Of a stretch of 64,000 nucleotides of DNA, positions 9,166 to 18,681 are shown in pieces. Below the pieces are notes generated by a model. The model searched no databases, was not told the DNA's origin, and saw only the letters and a program-made list of their open reading frames with translations. The stretch is from Myxococcota bacterium (GTDB taxonomy: Bacteria; Myxococcota_A; UBA9160; PR03): contig JBDIVR010000006.1 of NCBI GenBank assembly GCA_039794265.1, positions 7,573 through 71,572 of the forward strand, written 5' to 3'. Position numbers and translations under genes: made by a program. Position 1 is the stretch's first letter. Each line of letters begins with the position of its first letter.

Positions 9166-10560
9166 TCAGCTGCCGAGCCGGCCGAGCGGTCCCTCCGGCC
9201 GCGGCAGCTCGACCCAGAACCGGCTGCCCTGACCGGGCTGGCTCTCGACGCCGAGCTGACCGCCCATCGCCTGGACCAGGTGCTTCACGATCGCGAGGCC
9301 GAGGCCGGTCCCGCCGAGCGCGCGCGAACGGCCCGGGTCGACGCGGTAGAAGCGCTCGAAGATGCGCGGCAGATCCTTGCGCGGGATCCCGATACCGGTG
9401 TCGGTGACGGAGACCTGGAGGCGCAGTCCCGGACCCGGCCGCACGTGCACGTCGATGCGACCGCCGGCCGGCGTGTACTTGATCGCGTTGTCGAGCAGAT
9501 TGCCGAGCACCTGCTCGACGCCGCGGCGATCCGCCCAGACCCGGGCATCGGTCGACGCCTGCAGGTCGAGTTCGAGCTGTCCGGCGCGCAGCCGCGGTTC
9601 GAGATCCCGGAGCAGGCGCCGCGTGACTTCGGCCAGATCGACCGGCTCCGGCCGCAACGGGACGCTTCCGCTCTCGATCCGCGACAGCTCGAGCAGGTCC
9701 TCGACGAGCGCCTGCAGGCGCCGCGCGTTGACGACGATCGCATCGACGGCGGAGACCGCGTGGTCGGGCATCTTCATGTCGGCGAGGCGCTCGGCGTAGC
9801 CCCGGATGGACGTCAGCGGGGTCTTCAGCTCGTGCGACGCATTGGCGACGAAGTCCCGCCGGATCGACTCGACCCGACGCAGATCCGTGACGTCGTGGAA
9901 GACGGCGACGGCGCCGGCGGAGCCGTCGGGCTGCGTGAACGGCGCCACCTGGAAGCGCACGCGCCGATCGCCGGCCGGCCCGACAGCGGCCTCGCGCAAC
10001 TGCGTCTCGCCCTTGCGCAGCGCGGCCCGCAGCGTGTCGACGACTTCCGCGTGCCGGACTTCCTCCAGCAGCGAGCGCCCCTCCGGCGGCATCGACGCGC
10101 CGGGCGACGCGAAGAGTTCGCGCAGCCGGGGATTCGCGACGACGACGCGCTCGTCGGCGTCCACCACCAGGACGGCTTCCTCCATCGCCTCGATCACGGC
10201 CTCGAGCCGGCTGCGCCGCGCGTCGCTGGTGCGCAGGCGCGCCTCGAGCGTCTCGGCCATCTCGTTGACGGCATCCGCCACGGGCCGGAACTCGCCGATC
10301 CACGTGCCGGGGAGCCGCGCCTCGAGCTGCCCCTGTCGCTGGGCGCTGGCGAAGCGGCGCAGCGCCTCGACGGGCTCCGCCAGCACCCGCGAGAGCCAGA
10401 CGCGGCTGAGCAGCGCGGCGGAGAGACCGGCGACCACCGCCAGTCCGACGGCCCCGGCCGGCGCCCCGCCGGCGCCGGCCGCGAAGGCAGCCGCCAGCGC
10501 GACGACCACGAGCGTCGCGAGCAGCGTCAGCCGGAAGCCGCTCAGGTGCACACCGGTCAT
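9166..10560 (-). CDS. phoR: phosphate regulon sensor histidine kinase (PhoR-like)
   Basis: Membrane N-terminus, HAMP/PAS region, HisKA FVANASHELKTPLTSIRGY, and HATPase_c NLLDNAIKYTP...DTGIGIP...GGTGLGLAIVKH. It lies between phoB and pstS. Confidence 0.85.
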   Translation of the reverse strand: MTGVHLSGFRLTLLATLVVVALAAAFAAGAGGAPAGAVGLAVVAGLSAALLSRVWLSRVLAEPVEALRRFASAQRQGQLEARLPGTWIGEFRPVADAVNEMAETLEARLRTSDARRSRLEAVIEAMEEAVLVVDADERVVVANPRLRELFASPGASMPPEGRSLLEEVRHAEVVDTLRAALRKGETQLREAAVGPAGDRRVRFQVAPFTQPDGSAGAVAVFHDVTDLRRVESIRRDFVANASHELKTPLTSIRGYAERLADMKMPDHAVSAVDAIVVNARRLQALVEDLLELSRIESGSVPLRPEPVDLAEVTRRLLRDLEPRLRAGQLELDLQASTDARVWADRRGVEQVLGNLLDNAIKYTPAGGRIDVHVRPGPGLRLQVSVTDTGIGIPRKDLPRIFERFYRVDPGRSRALGGTGLGLAIVKHLVQAMGGQLGVESQPGQGSRFWVELPRPEGPLGRLGS

Positions 10561-10587
10561 GGAGGCGAGGCTCCTTCCGGCGCGATT

Positions 10588-11268
10588 CTACTCCGTGAAG
10601 CGGTAGCCGACACCGCGCACCGTTTCGATCAGATCCCCGCCCTTGCCGAGCTTCTCGCGCAGGCGCTTCAGGTGGGTGTCGATGGTGCGCATCGTGACGG
10701 TGACGTCGGAGCCCCAGATCTCGTCGAGCAGCCGCTCGCGCGTCAACACCCGCCCGGGCTTCCGCATCAGCGTGGCCAGCAGCTGGAACTCCTTGGCGGT
10801 GAGGCCGATCTCCTCGCCCTCGACGAAGCAGCGGTGGCGATCGAGATCGACGCGGACGGCGTCTCGCTCGAGCAGATTGCGCTCGCCGCCGGTGCCGGCG
10901 CGCCGGCGCAAGAGCGCGCGCACACGCAACACCAGCTCGCGGGGGCTGAAGGGCTTGGTCACGTAGTCGTCGGCGCCGAGCTCGAAGCCGACGATCCGGT
11001 CGACCTCCTCGCCCTTCGCCGTCAGCATCAGCACCAGCACGTCGGCCAGCTCCGGCCGCGTCCGGATGAACCGGCACACTTCGGTGCCGGGCATGTCCGG
11101 CAACATCAGGTCGAGCACCGCGAGATCTGGCGCGGCGCGCCGCAGCTTGTCGATGGCGTCCTGTCCGGAGCTCGCCGTCTCGACCGCAAAGCCCGCCTCG
11201 CTGAGGCTGAGCTGCACGAGGTCCAGGATGTCCGGCTCGTCGTCGCAGACCAGGATCCGGGTCGTCAT
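10588..11268 (-). CDS. phoB: phosphate regulon response regulator (PhoB/OmpR family)
   Basis: REC domain (ILVCDDEPDILDL...DLMLPDMPG...LTAKGEE) plus a winged helix (LTAKEFQLLATLMRKPGRVLTRERLLDEIWG...GVGYRFTE). Confidence 0.88.
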   Translation of the reverse strand: MTTRILVCDDEPDILDLVQLSLSEAGFAVETASSGQDAIDKLRRAAPDLAVLDLMLPDMPGTEVCRFIRTRPELADVLVLMLTAKGEEVDRIVGFELGADDYVTKPFSPRELVLRVRALLRRRAGTGGERNLLERDAVRVDLDRHRCFVEGEEIGLTAKEFQLLATLMRKPGRVLTRERLLDEIWGSDVTVTMRTIDTHLKRLREKLGKGGDLIETVRGVGYRFTE

Positions 11269-11429
11269 GGGCCGTGATGGTAAGCGCCCTTCGTGGACCC
11301 TCCAGCTCTACGCGGGCCCGTCACCGGATCGTCGCATGGTCTCCGCCGCCTGGTCACCGCGGGGGCCCCGAGGGGCTCTCGAGGACTGCGGTAGAGTCGC
11401 TCGGCTACGGGTCCCGGGAGTCCACCGCC

Positions 11430-12275
11430 ATGTCCGCGCCGCGCGCCCGCGCTCTGCTGCTGCCGATGCTGTTCGTCTGGGTCTCCGCGCTGGGGATGCC
11501 GGACACGGCTCCGGCGATCGAGGACGCCCTCCCCGGCCACGAGGACGGTCTCAGCGGCCGCGACATCTACGACCGCATGCTCGAGAATCGCTTCGACACC
11601 ACGGAGCAGAGGGTCCGGCTCGCGTCGGGCGACCGCGGCGGCAGCGAACAGGAGTCGCGGATGAACGTGCTCTGGAAGAGCTTCCGCGACGAGCACGGCG
11701 AAGCGCGCCGCGGCGTCCTCTCGAAGACCCGGATCCGCTACACGCATCCCTTCGACCTGCGCTTCTCGGGCTACCTGATCGTCAACAACCAGGACCGGGC
11801 CGACGATCAGTTCGTGTACCTCGCCAGTCGCCGCCGCGTGCGCCGCGTCAGCCTGCGCGGCGAGGCCGTGATGGGCACCGACTTCAGCTTCGAGGACGTC
11901 GTGCCTCGCGAGGTCGAGGATGCGGACTATCGGCGACTCGCCAACGAGCGCTACGACGAGCGCGACTGCTACGTCGTCGAGATCACCCCGAGACCGGCGA
12001 GCGAGTCCGAGTACTCGCGCTTCGTGAGCCGGATCGACCGCGAGCGACTCGTCGTGCTGCACACGCGCTACTGGAACAGCGCCGGCGTCGAGGTCAAGGA
12101 GCTGAAGGCCCCGGCCGCAGAGGTCCGGGAGTTCGACGGGATCTGGGTGCCGATGCGGGCCGAGATGCGCAACCTGCTGACCGGCGGCTATACGGTGATG
12201 CAGGTCGAGGAAATGATCGGAAACCCCGAGGTCCCGGATCGCGAGTTCGACCCGCGCCGCCTCGAGTCGCACTGA
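11430..12275 (+). CDS. outer-membrane lipoprotein-sorting (LolA-like) protein
   Basis: ATG 11430, signal peptide MSAPRARALLLPMLFVWVSALG. The body (…FDLRFSGYLIVNNQDRADDQFVYLASRRRVRRVS…GTDFSFEDV…RYWNSAGVEVKEL…) matches the LolA-like family usually found beside MMPL/RND exporters. Confidence 0.7.
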   Translation: MSAPRARALLLPMLFVWVSALGMPDTAPAIEDALPGHEDGLSGRDIYDRMLENRFDTTEQRVRLASGDRGGSEQESRMNVLWKSFRDEHGEARRGVLSKTRIRYTHPFDLRFSGYLIVNNQDRADDQFVYLASRRRVRRVSLRGEAVMGTDFSFEDVVPREVEDADYRRLANERYDERDCYVVEITPRPASESEYSRFVSRIDRERLVVLHTRYWNSAGVEVKELKAPAAEVREFDGIWVPMRAEMRNLLTGGYTVMQVEEMIGNPEVPDREFDPRRLESH

Positions 12276-12317
12276 GTCGCACCGAGTCATACTAGACTCG
12301 GAGTCATACTAGACTCG
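12263..12317. repeat. short tandem duplications with two hairpins between convergent genes
   Basis: GAGTCGCAC occurs twice (12264, 12274), followed by a perfect 17-bp tandem GAGTCATACTAGACTCG x2 (12284..12300, 12301..12317). Each 17-mer forms CGAGTC-ATACTA-GACTCG. The repeats contain the stop codons of both flanking genes. Confidence 0.7.
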
Positions 12318-14696
12318 GAGCCGGACCAGCAGCGCGGGCAGCAGCAGCAGGTCGGCGACGAGGCACAGGCCGATCGTCGTCGCGAACAGCAGGCCGAACT
12401 CCTGGAGCGTCGCGAAGCTCGACAGCGCGATCACGCCGAAGCCCGCCGAGAGCATGCCCGACGTGATCGCGATCGGACGCCCGACCGAGAAGCCGGTTCG
12501 GCGCGCTGCCTCCCCCGGCGTCGCGCCGGCATTGCGTTCCCGGCGATAGCGCACCAGGAAGTGCACGGTGTCGTCGATCGCGATGCCGAGCGCGACGGCG
12601 CCGATCAGGCTCGTCGGCAGCGAGAGCGGTGCGACGCCGAGCCCGAGCAGTCCGAAGAACAACAGCACGGGAAAGACGTTCGGCAGCAGCGCGATGACGC
12701 CGAGCTGCCACGAGCGCAACGCCAGCGCGACGAGACCGAAGATCGCCAGCGACGCCAGAACCAGCGCGCGGACCTGTGCGCCGGCGATCCCGTCGGCGCC
12801 GCGCGCCAGCAGGATCGCGTTGCCGACCGGCTCGGCGCTCATGCCGTCCGCCAGCTCGGCGCGGATCGCCGCGCGCAACGCCGCCACCAGTTTGCGAATG
12901 GCCGCCGAGCCGACCTCGCCGGTGCGGACGATCAGGTTCGCGCGCGACTGGTTGCCGTTGACGAAGCGGCCCATCTCGTCCTTCGGCGCCAGCTGCAGCA
13001 GCTCCATCACGCCGGCGGACGACTCGGGGATGCGCTCCTCGGCGGGGTCGTCGCGCTCGACGACGCGATTCATCACGCGCAGCGTGTCGACCATCGACGC
13101 GCTGTGCGAGACGCCGTCGATGCCGTCGATGCGGGCCTGCAGGGCTTCGAGACTGCGCAGGCGGCGCGGATCGCGGAAGGCGGCCGGCGCGCCTCCGTCC
13201 ACCGCCACATAGAGGGGGATCGCGCCCGACAGCAGTCGGTTCACCGCGACGAAGTCTCGGCGCACCGGGTCGTCTTCGTCGAAGAACGACACGTAGTCCG
13301 TATCGACCACGATGCGCGGGATCGCCCAGCTCGCCACGCCGACGGAGACGATGGCGCCGAGGATCACCGCCCCGTTGCGGCGGATCGCAAAGCCGTGCAG
13401 CGCGCCGAGCCCGGTGTCGATGGCGAGCCCCAGGCGCTCGCTGACGCGCGCCACGGTCGCGGGCAACGCCGAGACCTCGCGCCGCGGCGGCAGCAACGCG
13501 AGCACCGCCGGCAGACCCGTGAGGGTCAGCAACGTGATGCAGCCGGTGCCGAGCACGGAGAAGGCGCCCATCGTCTGCACGGCCGGGACGTCGCTGAGAC
13601 AGATCGCGGCGAAACCGACCTGCGTCGTGAGGCCCGAGATCAGCACCGGCAACCGCATCTCGGCGAGCGTGCGCTCCGCCACCTCGCGCGCGGTTCCATG
13701 GTTCCGCTCCTCGTCGTAGTGCGCGAGCAGGTGCACGCCGTACACGCTGGCGATCGCCAGCAGCTGCGGCCCGAGCATCGACGAGAGGATCGTGATCGGC
13801 ACGTCGAGCGCCGCCATCGCCGCATGCGTCCACAGGACTGCGACGAGCGCCGCCGCGATCGGCAGTCCGACGCCGCGCCGCGAGCCGGTCGCGAGCAGCA
13901 GCACGCCGGCCAGCGTCAGCACCGCGAGGGGGATCAGGACCCGCAGGTCGCGGACCATGCCGCGATAGACGGAGGCCTTCAGGTGCGGCCGGCCCGACAC
14001 GTGGAACCGGAGCCCGGCGTGTTCCCGCTCCGTGAGCAGCGCCTCGATGCGCTCGTCGAGTCCGGCGGCGAGGAACTCGGCGTCCGTCATCTCGTGGAAC
14101 CGCACCGAGATCCCGGCTGATCGCCCGTCCTCCGAGATCACCGTGCGCCGCATCAGCGGATCGCCGAGCGCGCGCGCTCGCAGCGCCGCAAGCCCTTCGG
14201 CCGAGTCGGGAACCCGGTCGAACAGCTTGCCGACCTCGATCCAGTCTTCCTCCTCGACGAAGCGAAACGACACGACGTCGGCCAGGCTCTGGACGCGCCG
14301 CACGCCGGGCAGGCGCGCGATGTCATCGTGCAGCGCCGCGAGCGTCGTCAGGTGCTCGTGCGTGAACACGCCCGACGCGGTCTCCATCACGATCGCGTAC
14401 AGCTCGTCGTCGCCGAACTCGAGGACCGCGCGGCGATACAGGTCGCGTGTGGGGTCCTCGGCCGGCAGCAGCGGCTCGGTGGACGGGTCGAGGCGCAGGC
14501 GCAGGCCCGGCGGATCGAGGCGCAGCACCGCCGCACCGGCCGCGCAGGTCGTGGCCAGCAGAACGCCGAGCACGACGGCCGGGTGGCCGGCGATCCAAGC
14601 AGGACGCCGCGCGAGCAGTGCGCCGAGCGCGAGCAGCGCCGCGCCCGCGGCCAGCGCGATCCGCGCCGCCCCCTCCGCGATCTCGATGTCCAGCAT
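12309..14696 (-). CDS. MMPL/RND-family exporter
   Basis: ATG 14696 (MLDIEIAEG...), 795 aa. Two multi-TM bundles with large loops (…[16 protein letters not shown]…, …[18 protein letters not shown]…). The 84 extra N-terminal codons in the ORF track are the antisense of tRNA-Pro. Confidence 0.85.
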   Translation of the reverse strand: MLDIEIAEGAARIALAAGAALLALGALLARRPAWIAGHPAVVLGVLLATTCAAGAAVLRLDPPGLRLRLDPSTEPLLPAEDPTRDLYRRAVLEFGDDELYAIVMETASGVFTHEHLTTLAALHDDIARLPGVRRVQSLADVVSFRFVEEEDWIEVGKLFDRVPDSAEGLAALRARALGDPLMRRTVISEDGRSAGISVRFHEMTDAEFLAAGLDERIEALLTEREHAGLRFHVSGRPHLKASVYRGMVRDLRVLIPLAVLTLAGVLLLATGSRRGVGLPIAAALVAVLWTHAAMAALDVPITILSSMLGPQLLAIASVYGVHLLAHYDEERNHGTAREVAERTLAEMRLPVLISGLTTQVGFAAICLSDVPAVQTMGAFSVLGTGCITLLTLTGLPAVLALLPPRREVSALPATVARVSERLGLAIDTGLGALHGFAIRRNGAVILGAIVSVGVASWAIPRIVVDTDYVSFFDEDDPVRRDFVAVNRLLSGAIPLYVAVDGGAPAAFRDPRRLRSLEALQARIDGIDGVSHSASMVDTLRVMNRVVERDDPAEERIPESSAGVMELLQLAPKDEMGRFVNGNQSRANLIVRTGEVGSAAIRKLVAALRAAIRAELADGMSAEPVGNAILLARGADGIAGAQVRALVLASLAIFGLVALALRSWQLGVIALLPNVFPVLLFFGLLGLGVAPLSLPTSLIGAVALGIAIDDTVHFLVRYRRERNAGATPGEAARRTGFSVGRPIAITSGMLSAGFGVIALSSFATLQEFGLLFATTIGLCLVADLLLLPALLVRLRV

Positions 14697-14804
14697 CCGC
14701 TCCCCGCGCGCCCCGTCCCGCGCCCTGGCGCGCAGGGTAGGCCGCCCGCTGCGGGGCGGCCGGAGTCCACCAACCGCCCCGCCTTCTGCAGCGTGTTCCG
14801 AGAG

Positions 14805-14833
14805 TTGGCGTCCGCCGGCGCGGACGGCATACT
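14805..14833 (+). promoter_or_regulatory. putative sigma70-type promoter of tRNA-Pro
   Basis: TTGGCG (14805) - 17 nt - CATACT (14828), ending 18 nt before the tRNA 5' end. Confidence 0.35.
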
Positions 14834-14851
14834 GCGGTCTTCGCTGATTGC

Positions 14852-14928
<77 letters not shown>

Positions 14929-14998
14929 CCATCCCGATCTCGCAGCATGCGTCGTGAGCCGAGAGGCCCGACGAACCCGCGAGTCGGCGGCGAAGACG

Positions 14999-15051
14999 AC
15001 GCCGGGCCGGTTGCGAACTCCCGATCCGGAAGTTAGCGACCGGCCCGGCGT
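14999..15051 (+). terminator. 13-bp stem-loop downstream of tRNA-Pro
   Basis: ACGCCGGGCCGGT (14999..15011) pairs with ACCGGCCCGGCGT (15039..15051). The loop is 27 nt and the stem is followed by TCTTCGTC. An imperfect extension CGAAGA/TCTTCG is possible. Confidence 0.35.
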
Positions 15052-15129
15052 TCTTCGTCGGCGCCGGTGCTCGACCTGGCGCCCGCCTCGGGTAGGATCG
15101 GGGCATCCCCAGCGTCCGGCGAGGGTTCC

Positions 15130-15675
15130 ATGACCCGTCCCCACCGACTCCCGTCCGCCTCTCGATCGGCGACACGCGTGCGTGGGCTCGCGCTCGGCGT
15201 CGCCATCGGAATCGCAGTCGCGTGCGGCGACCCGACGCCCGATTCTGCGCCGGACGTCGTCGTGAAGGTCGCGAGCATCGGCGTCGACCCCACCGGATCT
15301 CCGGTCGTCATCCTCGAGGAAACGGGCGGCGGCCGCGCGCTCCCGATCTGGATCGGCGCCGCCGAAGCGCGCTCGATCGCCTCCGAGATCGAACGCCAGC
15401 GCCCTCCCCGCCCGAACTCCCACGATCTCACCAAGCGCCTGATCGAGGGACTCGACGGCGCGATCGAACGCGTCGTCGTGACCGAGCTGCGCGACGGCAC
15501 GTACTACGCGCTGATCCGGCTGTCGGCACGCGGGCAGCGCATCGAGATCGACGCGCGCCCGAGCGATGCGATCGCGCTGGCGCTGCGCTTCGACGCGCCG
15601 CTGCTCGTCCGCGAGGCGCTCTTCGACGACGTCGGCCGCGCGCTGCGGCCGCCGCCCGAGGAACGCGCGTTGTAG
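15130..15675 (+). CDS. bifunctional nuclease family protein (DUF151-like), lipoprotein-type signal
   Basis: ATG 15130, lipobox-like GIAVAC. Core [25 protein letters not shown]...[11 protein letters not shown]...YYALIRL...[21 protein letters not shown]. Confidence 0.8.
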   Translation: MTRPHRLPSASRSATRVRGLALGVAIGIAVACGDPTPDSAPDVVVKVASIGVDPTGSPVVILEETGGGRALPIWIGAAEARSIASEIERQRPPRPNSHDLTKRLIEGLDGAIERVVVTELRDGTYYALIRLSARGQRIEIDARPSDAIALALRFDAPLLVREALFDDVGRALRPPPEERAL

Positions 15676-15807
15676 CGACGCCCCGCAAGAAATTGCGGAG
15701 TCGCGACGCGGCCCAGCACCCTCCCGCTGCCGGCGGCGAGCGCGCACGATGCGCGCAGACCCGCGTCATCATTGCGCTTTCCCGCCGCACCGCGCGCGAT
15801 GATTTCG

Positions 15808-15836
15808 TTGACAAGGGGGGGGGCCGCTGTCACGAT
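15808..15836 (+). promoter_or_regulatory. near-consensus promoter with a G9 tract in the spacer
   Basis: TTGACA (15808..15813), a 17-nt spacer containing GGGGGGGGG (15815..15823), then extended -10 TGtCACGAT (15828..15836). It lies 55 nt upstream of the ATG at 15891. Confidence 0.45.
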
Positions 15837-15890
15837 CGGCCCCGTTCGAGCCGCCTCTTGCGACTCCTTCCGCCGGAGACCCTCCCCTCG

Positions 15891-16148
15891 ATGGACCACT
15901 CGGAGCTCGCGTGGGAGTTCGCTGACCTGTTCGGCGAGCTGGACGTCGAGGAGATCAACGAGGTGCTCGCGAAGAACGTGCCGATCGGCACGCTCGACTT
16001 CTTCCGCAAGTACGGCGACGACTTCGGTCGCGCCGCGAGCATCGACGGCGCTGCGCTGCAGCGGCTACCGAACTTGTTGTTGATGGGGTACCTGATCCGC
16101 GTGCTCGAAGAGCGACTCATCGAAGGCGAGGCAGGCCCCGAGTCGTGA
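15891..16148 (+). CDS. hypothetical protein (85 aa)
   Basis: ATG 15891 within ORF 15222..16148. The acidic alpha-helical-looking sequence MDHSELAWEFADLFGELDVEEINEVL... matches no family I recognise. It is followed 2 nt later by the next gene. Confidence 0.5.
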   Translation: MDHSELAWEFADLFGELDVEEINEVLAKNVPIGTLDFFRKYGDDFGRAASIDGAALQRLPNLLLMGYLIRVLEERLIEGEAGPES

Positions 16149-16149
16149 C

Positions 16150-16860
16150 GTGCCGATCCGAGTCGATCGCGCGCGAGCGCGCCGTCGCATGAGCGAACCG
16201 CTCCGCTGGCCGAGCGGCCGGCGTCTGTTCCTGATGCGCCACGGCGAAACGTACGAACCGCACCCCGACACCGTCGTGCCGGGTCGCGACGAGAACCCGC
16301 AGCTCCCGCTGACGCCGCGCGGGCGCGAGCGCCTCGCCGAGGTGGCGCGCTGGATGGCAAAGCTGCCGATCGAGGCGGCTTATGCCTCGCCGTATCGGCG
16401 TTCGCAGGACACCGCGAAGATCGTCGTCGAGCCGCACGGGCTGGCGGTCGGCACGATCGACGCGATCAAGGAACTCGAGGTCCACCCGCCGGACGGCGGC
16501 ACGATGGGCGACGTGGCGCGGCGCTACCTCGCGCTGATCCGAGCGCTCGCCGAGAAGGGCGAGCACGAGGTCCGCCTCGACTGCGGCCGCTCGCTCGGCG
16601 AGATCGTCGATACCGCGCTCGCAGAGATCCGCGACGCGCTCGAGCGGAGCCAGGGGCCCCTGCTCGTCGTCGCGCACGGCGGCCTCAACCGCTTTCTGCT
16701 GGGCCGCTGGCTCGGCATGCCTGCGCTGCGCGCGATCGCGCTCGAGCAGAACTTCGCATGCGTCAACATCATCGAGTTCATCGGCAGCGGACACCCGTGG
16801 GTCCGTGCGATCAACGCGACGTTCCACGATCCCTTCAAGCTCGACGCCCCGGGCCTCTGA
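16150..16860 (+). CDS. histidine phosphatase family protein (phosphoglycerate-mutase-like)
   Basis: RHG motif LFLMRHGET, then SPYRRSQDTA and VVAHGGLNRFLLG. The start is either GTG 16150 or ATG 16189. Confidence 0.8.
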   Translation: MPIRVDRARARRRMSEPLRWPSGRRLFLMRHGETYEPHPDTVVPGRDENPQLPLTPRGRERLAEVARWMAKLPIEAAYASPYRRSQDTAKIVVEPHGLAVGTIDAIKELEVHPPDGGTMGDVARRYLALIRALAEKGEHEVRLDCGRSLGEIVDTALAEIRDALERSQGPLLVVAHGGLNRFLLGRWLGMPALRAIALEQNFACVNIIEFIGSGHPWVRAINATFHDPFKLDAPGL

Positions 16861-16885
16861 ACCGGCGGCGATCGGAGGACGCGAC

Positions 16886-17275
16886 GTGTCCGACGCCTTG
16901 CGCGAGATCCGCAGCGCCGCGGCTCCCGCCCCGGTGGGTCCGTATTCCCAGGCCATCGAAGCCGGCGGCTTCGTGTTCTGCGCCGGGCAGATCCCGCTCG
17001 ACCCGAAGACCGGCCAGCTCGTCGACGGCCCCGTCGAGGCGCAGGCGGAGCGCGTGCTCGCCAACCTGTCCGCGGTGCTCGAGGCAGCCGGCACGTCGCT
17101 CGCCCGGGTCGTGAAGACCACCGTCTTCCTCGCAGACCTCGCGGACTTCGCGCGCATGAACGAGGTCTACACCCGGTGGTTCGCCAGCGACCCGAAGCCG
17201 GCCCGCACGACCATCCAGGCCGCCCGGCTGCCTGCCGGAGCGCGGGTCGAGATCGAGGTGATCGCGCGGCGCTAA
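16886..17275 (+). CDS. ridA: RidA/YjgF family reactive-intermediate deaminase
   Basis: GTG 16886 is preceded by GGAGGA. PVGPYSQAIEAGGFVFCAGQIPLDP...VVKTTVFLADLADFARMNEVY...ARTTIQAARLPAGARVEIEVIA. Confidence 0.9.
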   Translation: MSDALREIRSAAAPAPVGPYSQAIEAGGFVFCAGQIPLDPKTGQLVDGPVEAQAERVLANLSAVLEAAGTSLARVVKTTVFLADLADFARMNEVYTRWFASDPKPARTTIQAARLPAGARVEIEVIARR

Positions 17276-17901
17276 CGCGTTGCCGGCGAGTCGGAGCGCG
17301 CGCCGTAGTCGCGCACGAGCCGATTCAGGTTGACGCCGTTGATGACGACGTGCGCGATCGTCGGCGCCAGCAGGTTGCCGGTCGCCTCGTAGAGACCGCC
17401 GAGCAGCAGCCCAGCCAGCAGCGAGAACACGCTCCACAGCAGGAGCTCCCGGCGCGGCACGAAGTGCGCGGCGGCGAACAACAGGCTGGTCCACCACAGC
17501 CCGACCACCGGCTGCAACGCCCCGCGGAACAATGCTTCCTCGCCGATGCCGCTCGCGAGCGCGAGCAGCCAGGCCTGCCGCACGCGCAGCGGGCCGACGG
17601 TTTCGGCGAGCGCCCGGGCGAGGCGCTCGCCGGCCGGGACCCAACGGGTGAGCGCGCTCGACGCGACGATGACACAAGCTGCCGCGAGCAGTCCCAGTGC
17701 TCCGTCCCGCCCCCATCCGATCTCCGTATCGGGCGTCGCCAGCCAGAGGCTCTCGCGCTGGAGAACGGCACGCCACAGCCACGCGACACCGAAGAGGCTC
17801 CCGTAGAACAGAAAGCCCAGCCGGACGAGTCGGGAGGGGCCCGCCGGGGGCCGCCGCGCCGGGTCCGGGGCCCAGCGAGCCGCATCGATCTCGGGTTCCA
17901 G
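17272..17901 (-). CDS. CPBP-family intramembrane metalloprotease (CAAX protease-like), probable CTG start
   Basis: ORF track 17272..17583 holds the CPBP motifs GEEALFRG, LFAAAHF and IAHVVINGV. The same frame stays open 106 codons further upstream and encodes two TM helices (LGFLFYGSLFGVAWLW, GALGLLAAACVIVASSAL). That stretch has no ATG/GTG/TTG. AGGAGG (17912..17907) plus 5 nt precedes CTG at 17901. Confidence 0.65.
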   Translation of the reverse strand: MEPEIDAARWAPDPARRPPAGPSRLVRLGFLFYGSLFGVAWLWRAVLQRESLWLATPDTEIGWGRDGALGLLAAACVIVASSALTRWVPAGERLARALAETVGPLRVRQAWLLALASGIGEEALFRGALQPVVGLWWTSLLFAAAHFVPRRELLLWSVFSLLAGLLLGGLYEATGNLLAPTIAHVVINGVNLNRLVRDYGARSDSPATR

Positions 17902-18132
17902 CGAGGCCTCCTATCTGAAGGAAGTGCGTGAAGCGAGCGACGCCGAGGGCGAAACCGCCCGCATTGCGACCGGACAGGCCGGCGGGTAGGCTCCGACGGG
18001 TCCGGCGCTCTCCCCCGAGGGCGCCGGCTTCCCCTTCCCGGCTCCTGCCTGCGCTCGGCGAGGCGAGAGTGTATCGGGGCCGCCCGCGACTGGCGTCGTC
18101 GGCGACGCCGATTCCGCCCGGAGGTCCGCGCC

Positions 18133-18609
18133 ATGGCGGATCGCGTTCCGATGAGTCCCAGAGGCCACGCGCAGCTCGAGGCCGAGCTGAAGCGGCTGAA
18201 GACCGTGGACCGCCAGCAGATCGTCAAGGAGATCGAGGTGGCGCGCGCGCACGGCGACATCTCGGAGAACGCCGAGTTCGAGGCCGCCAAGGAGCGCCAG
18301 GGGCAGATCGAGGGCCGGATCCGGACCATCGAGGACCGTCTGGCGCGCGCCCAGGTGATCGACACGACCGGCCAGACGCCGGACGCTGTGCGCTTCGGCG
18401 CCACCGTGCTGCTGACGGACGTCGAGACCGGCGAGGAGATTACCTACACGCTGGTCGGCGAGGACGAATCGGACGCCGCGCAGGGAATGATCTCGGTGAC
18501 CTCTCCGGTGGGGCGCGCGCTGATCGGCAAGCCGGTCGACGAGGTGGTCCGTGTCCAGGTTCCGCGCGGGACGCGCGAGTTCGAGATCCGCGAGATCCGC
18601 TTCGACTGA
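18133..18609 (+). CDS. greA: transcription elongation factor GreA
   Basis: 158 aa. ...AELKRLKTVDRQQIVKEIEVARAHGDISENAEFEAAKERQGQIEGRI...SVTSPVGRALIGKPVDEVVRVQVPRGTREFEI. Confidence 0.95.
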   Translation: MADRVPMSPRGHAQLEAELKRLKTVDRQQIVKEIEVARAHGDISENAEFEAAKERQGQIEGRIRTIEDRLARAQVIDTTGQTPDAVRFGATVLLTDVETGEEITYTLVGEDESDAAQGMISVTSPVGRALIGKPVDEVVRVQVPRGTREFEIREIRFD

Positions 18610-18639
18610 CGGGCCGGCCCCCTCGGTCGTCGGCGTTCG

Positions 18640-18667
18640 TTGCGTTTCGGAGTGCGCTTCCTAGAAT
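18640..18667 (+). promoter_or_regulatory. putative sigma70-type promoter of tRNA-Asn
   Basis: TTGCGT (18640) - 16 nt - TAGAAT (18662), ending 14 nt before the tRNA 5' end. Confidence 0.45.
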
Positions 18668-18681
18668 CCGGCGCCTGCCCT

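Noticed and set aside
7862-11077. Very long ORFs in the supplied track: 7862..11077 (1071 aa), 20729..24508 (1259 aa), 36618..40361 (1247 aa), 51047..55402 (1451 aa), 30739..33393 (884 aa), 29337..32198 (953 aa) and many others.
   Set aside because: They are Arg/Ala/Gly/Pro-rich low-complexity translations that run antisense or out of frame across genes with clear family motifs. This is typical of shadow ORFs in ~70% GC DNA, where stop codons are rare. Only the portions matching recognisable proteins were kept.
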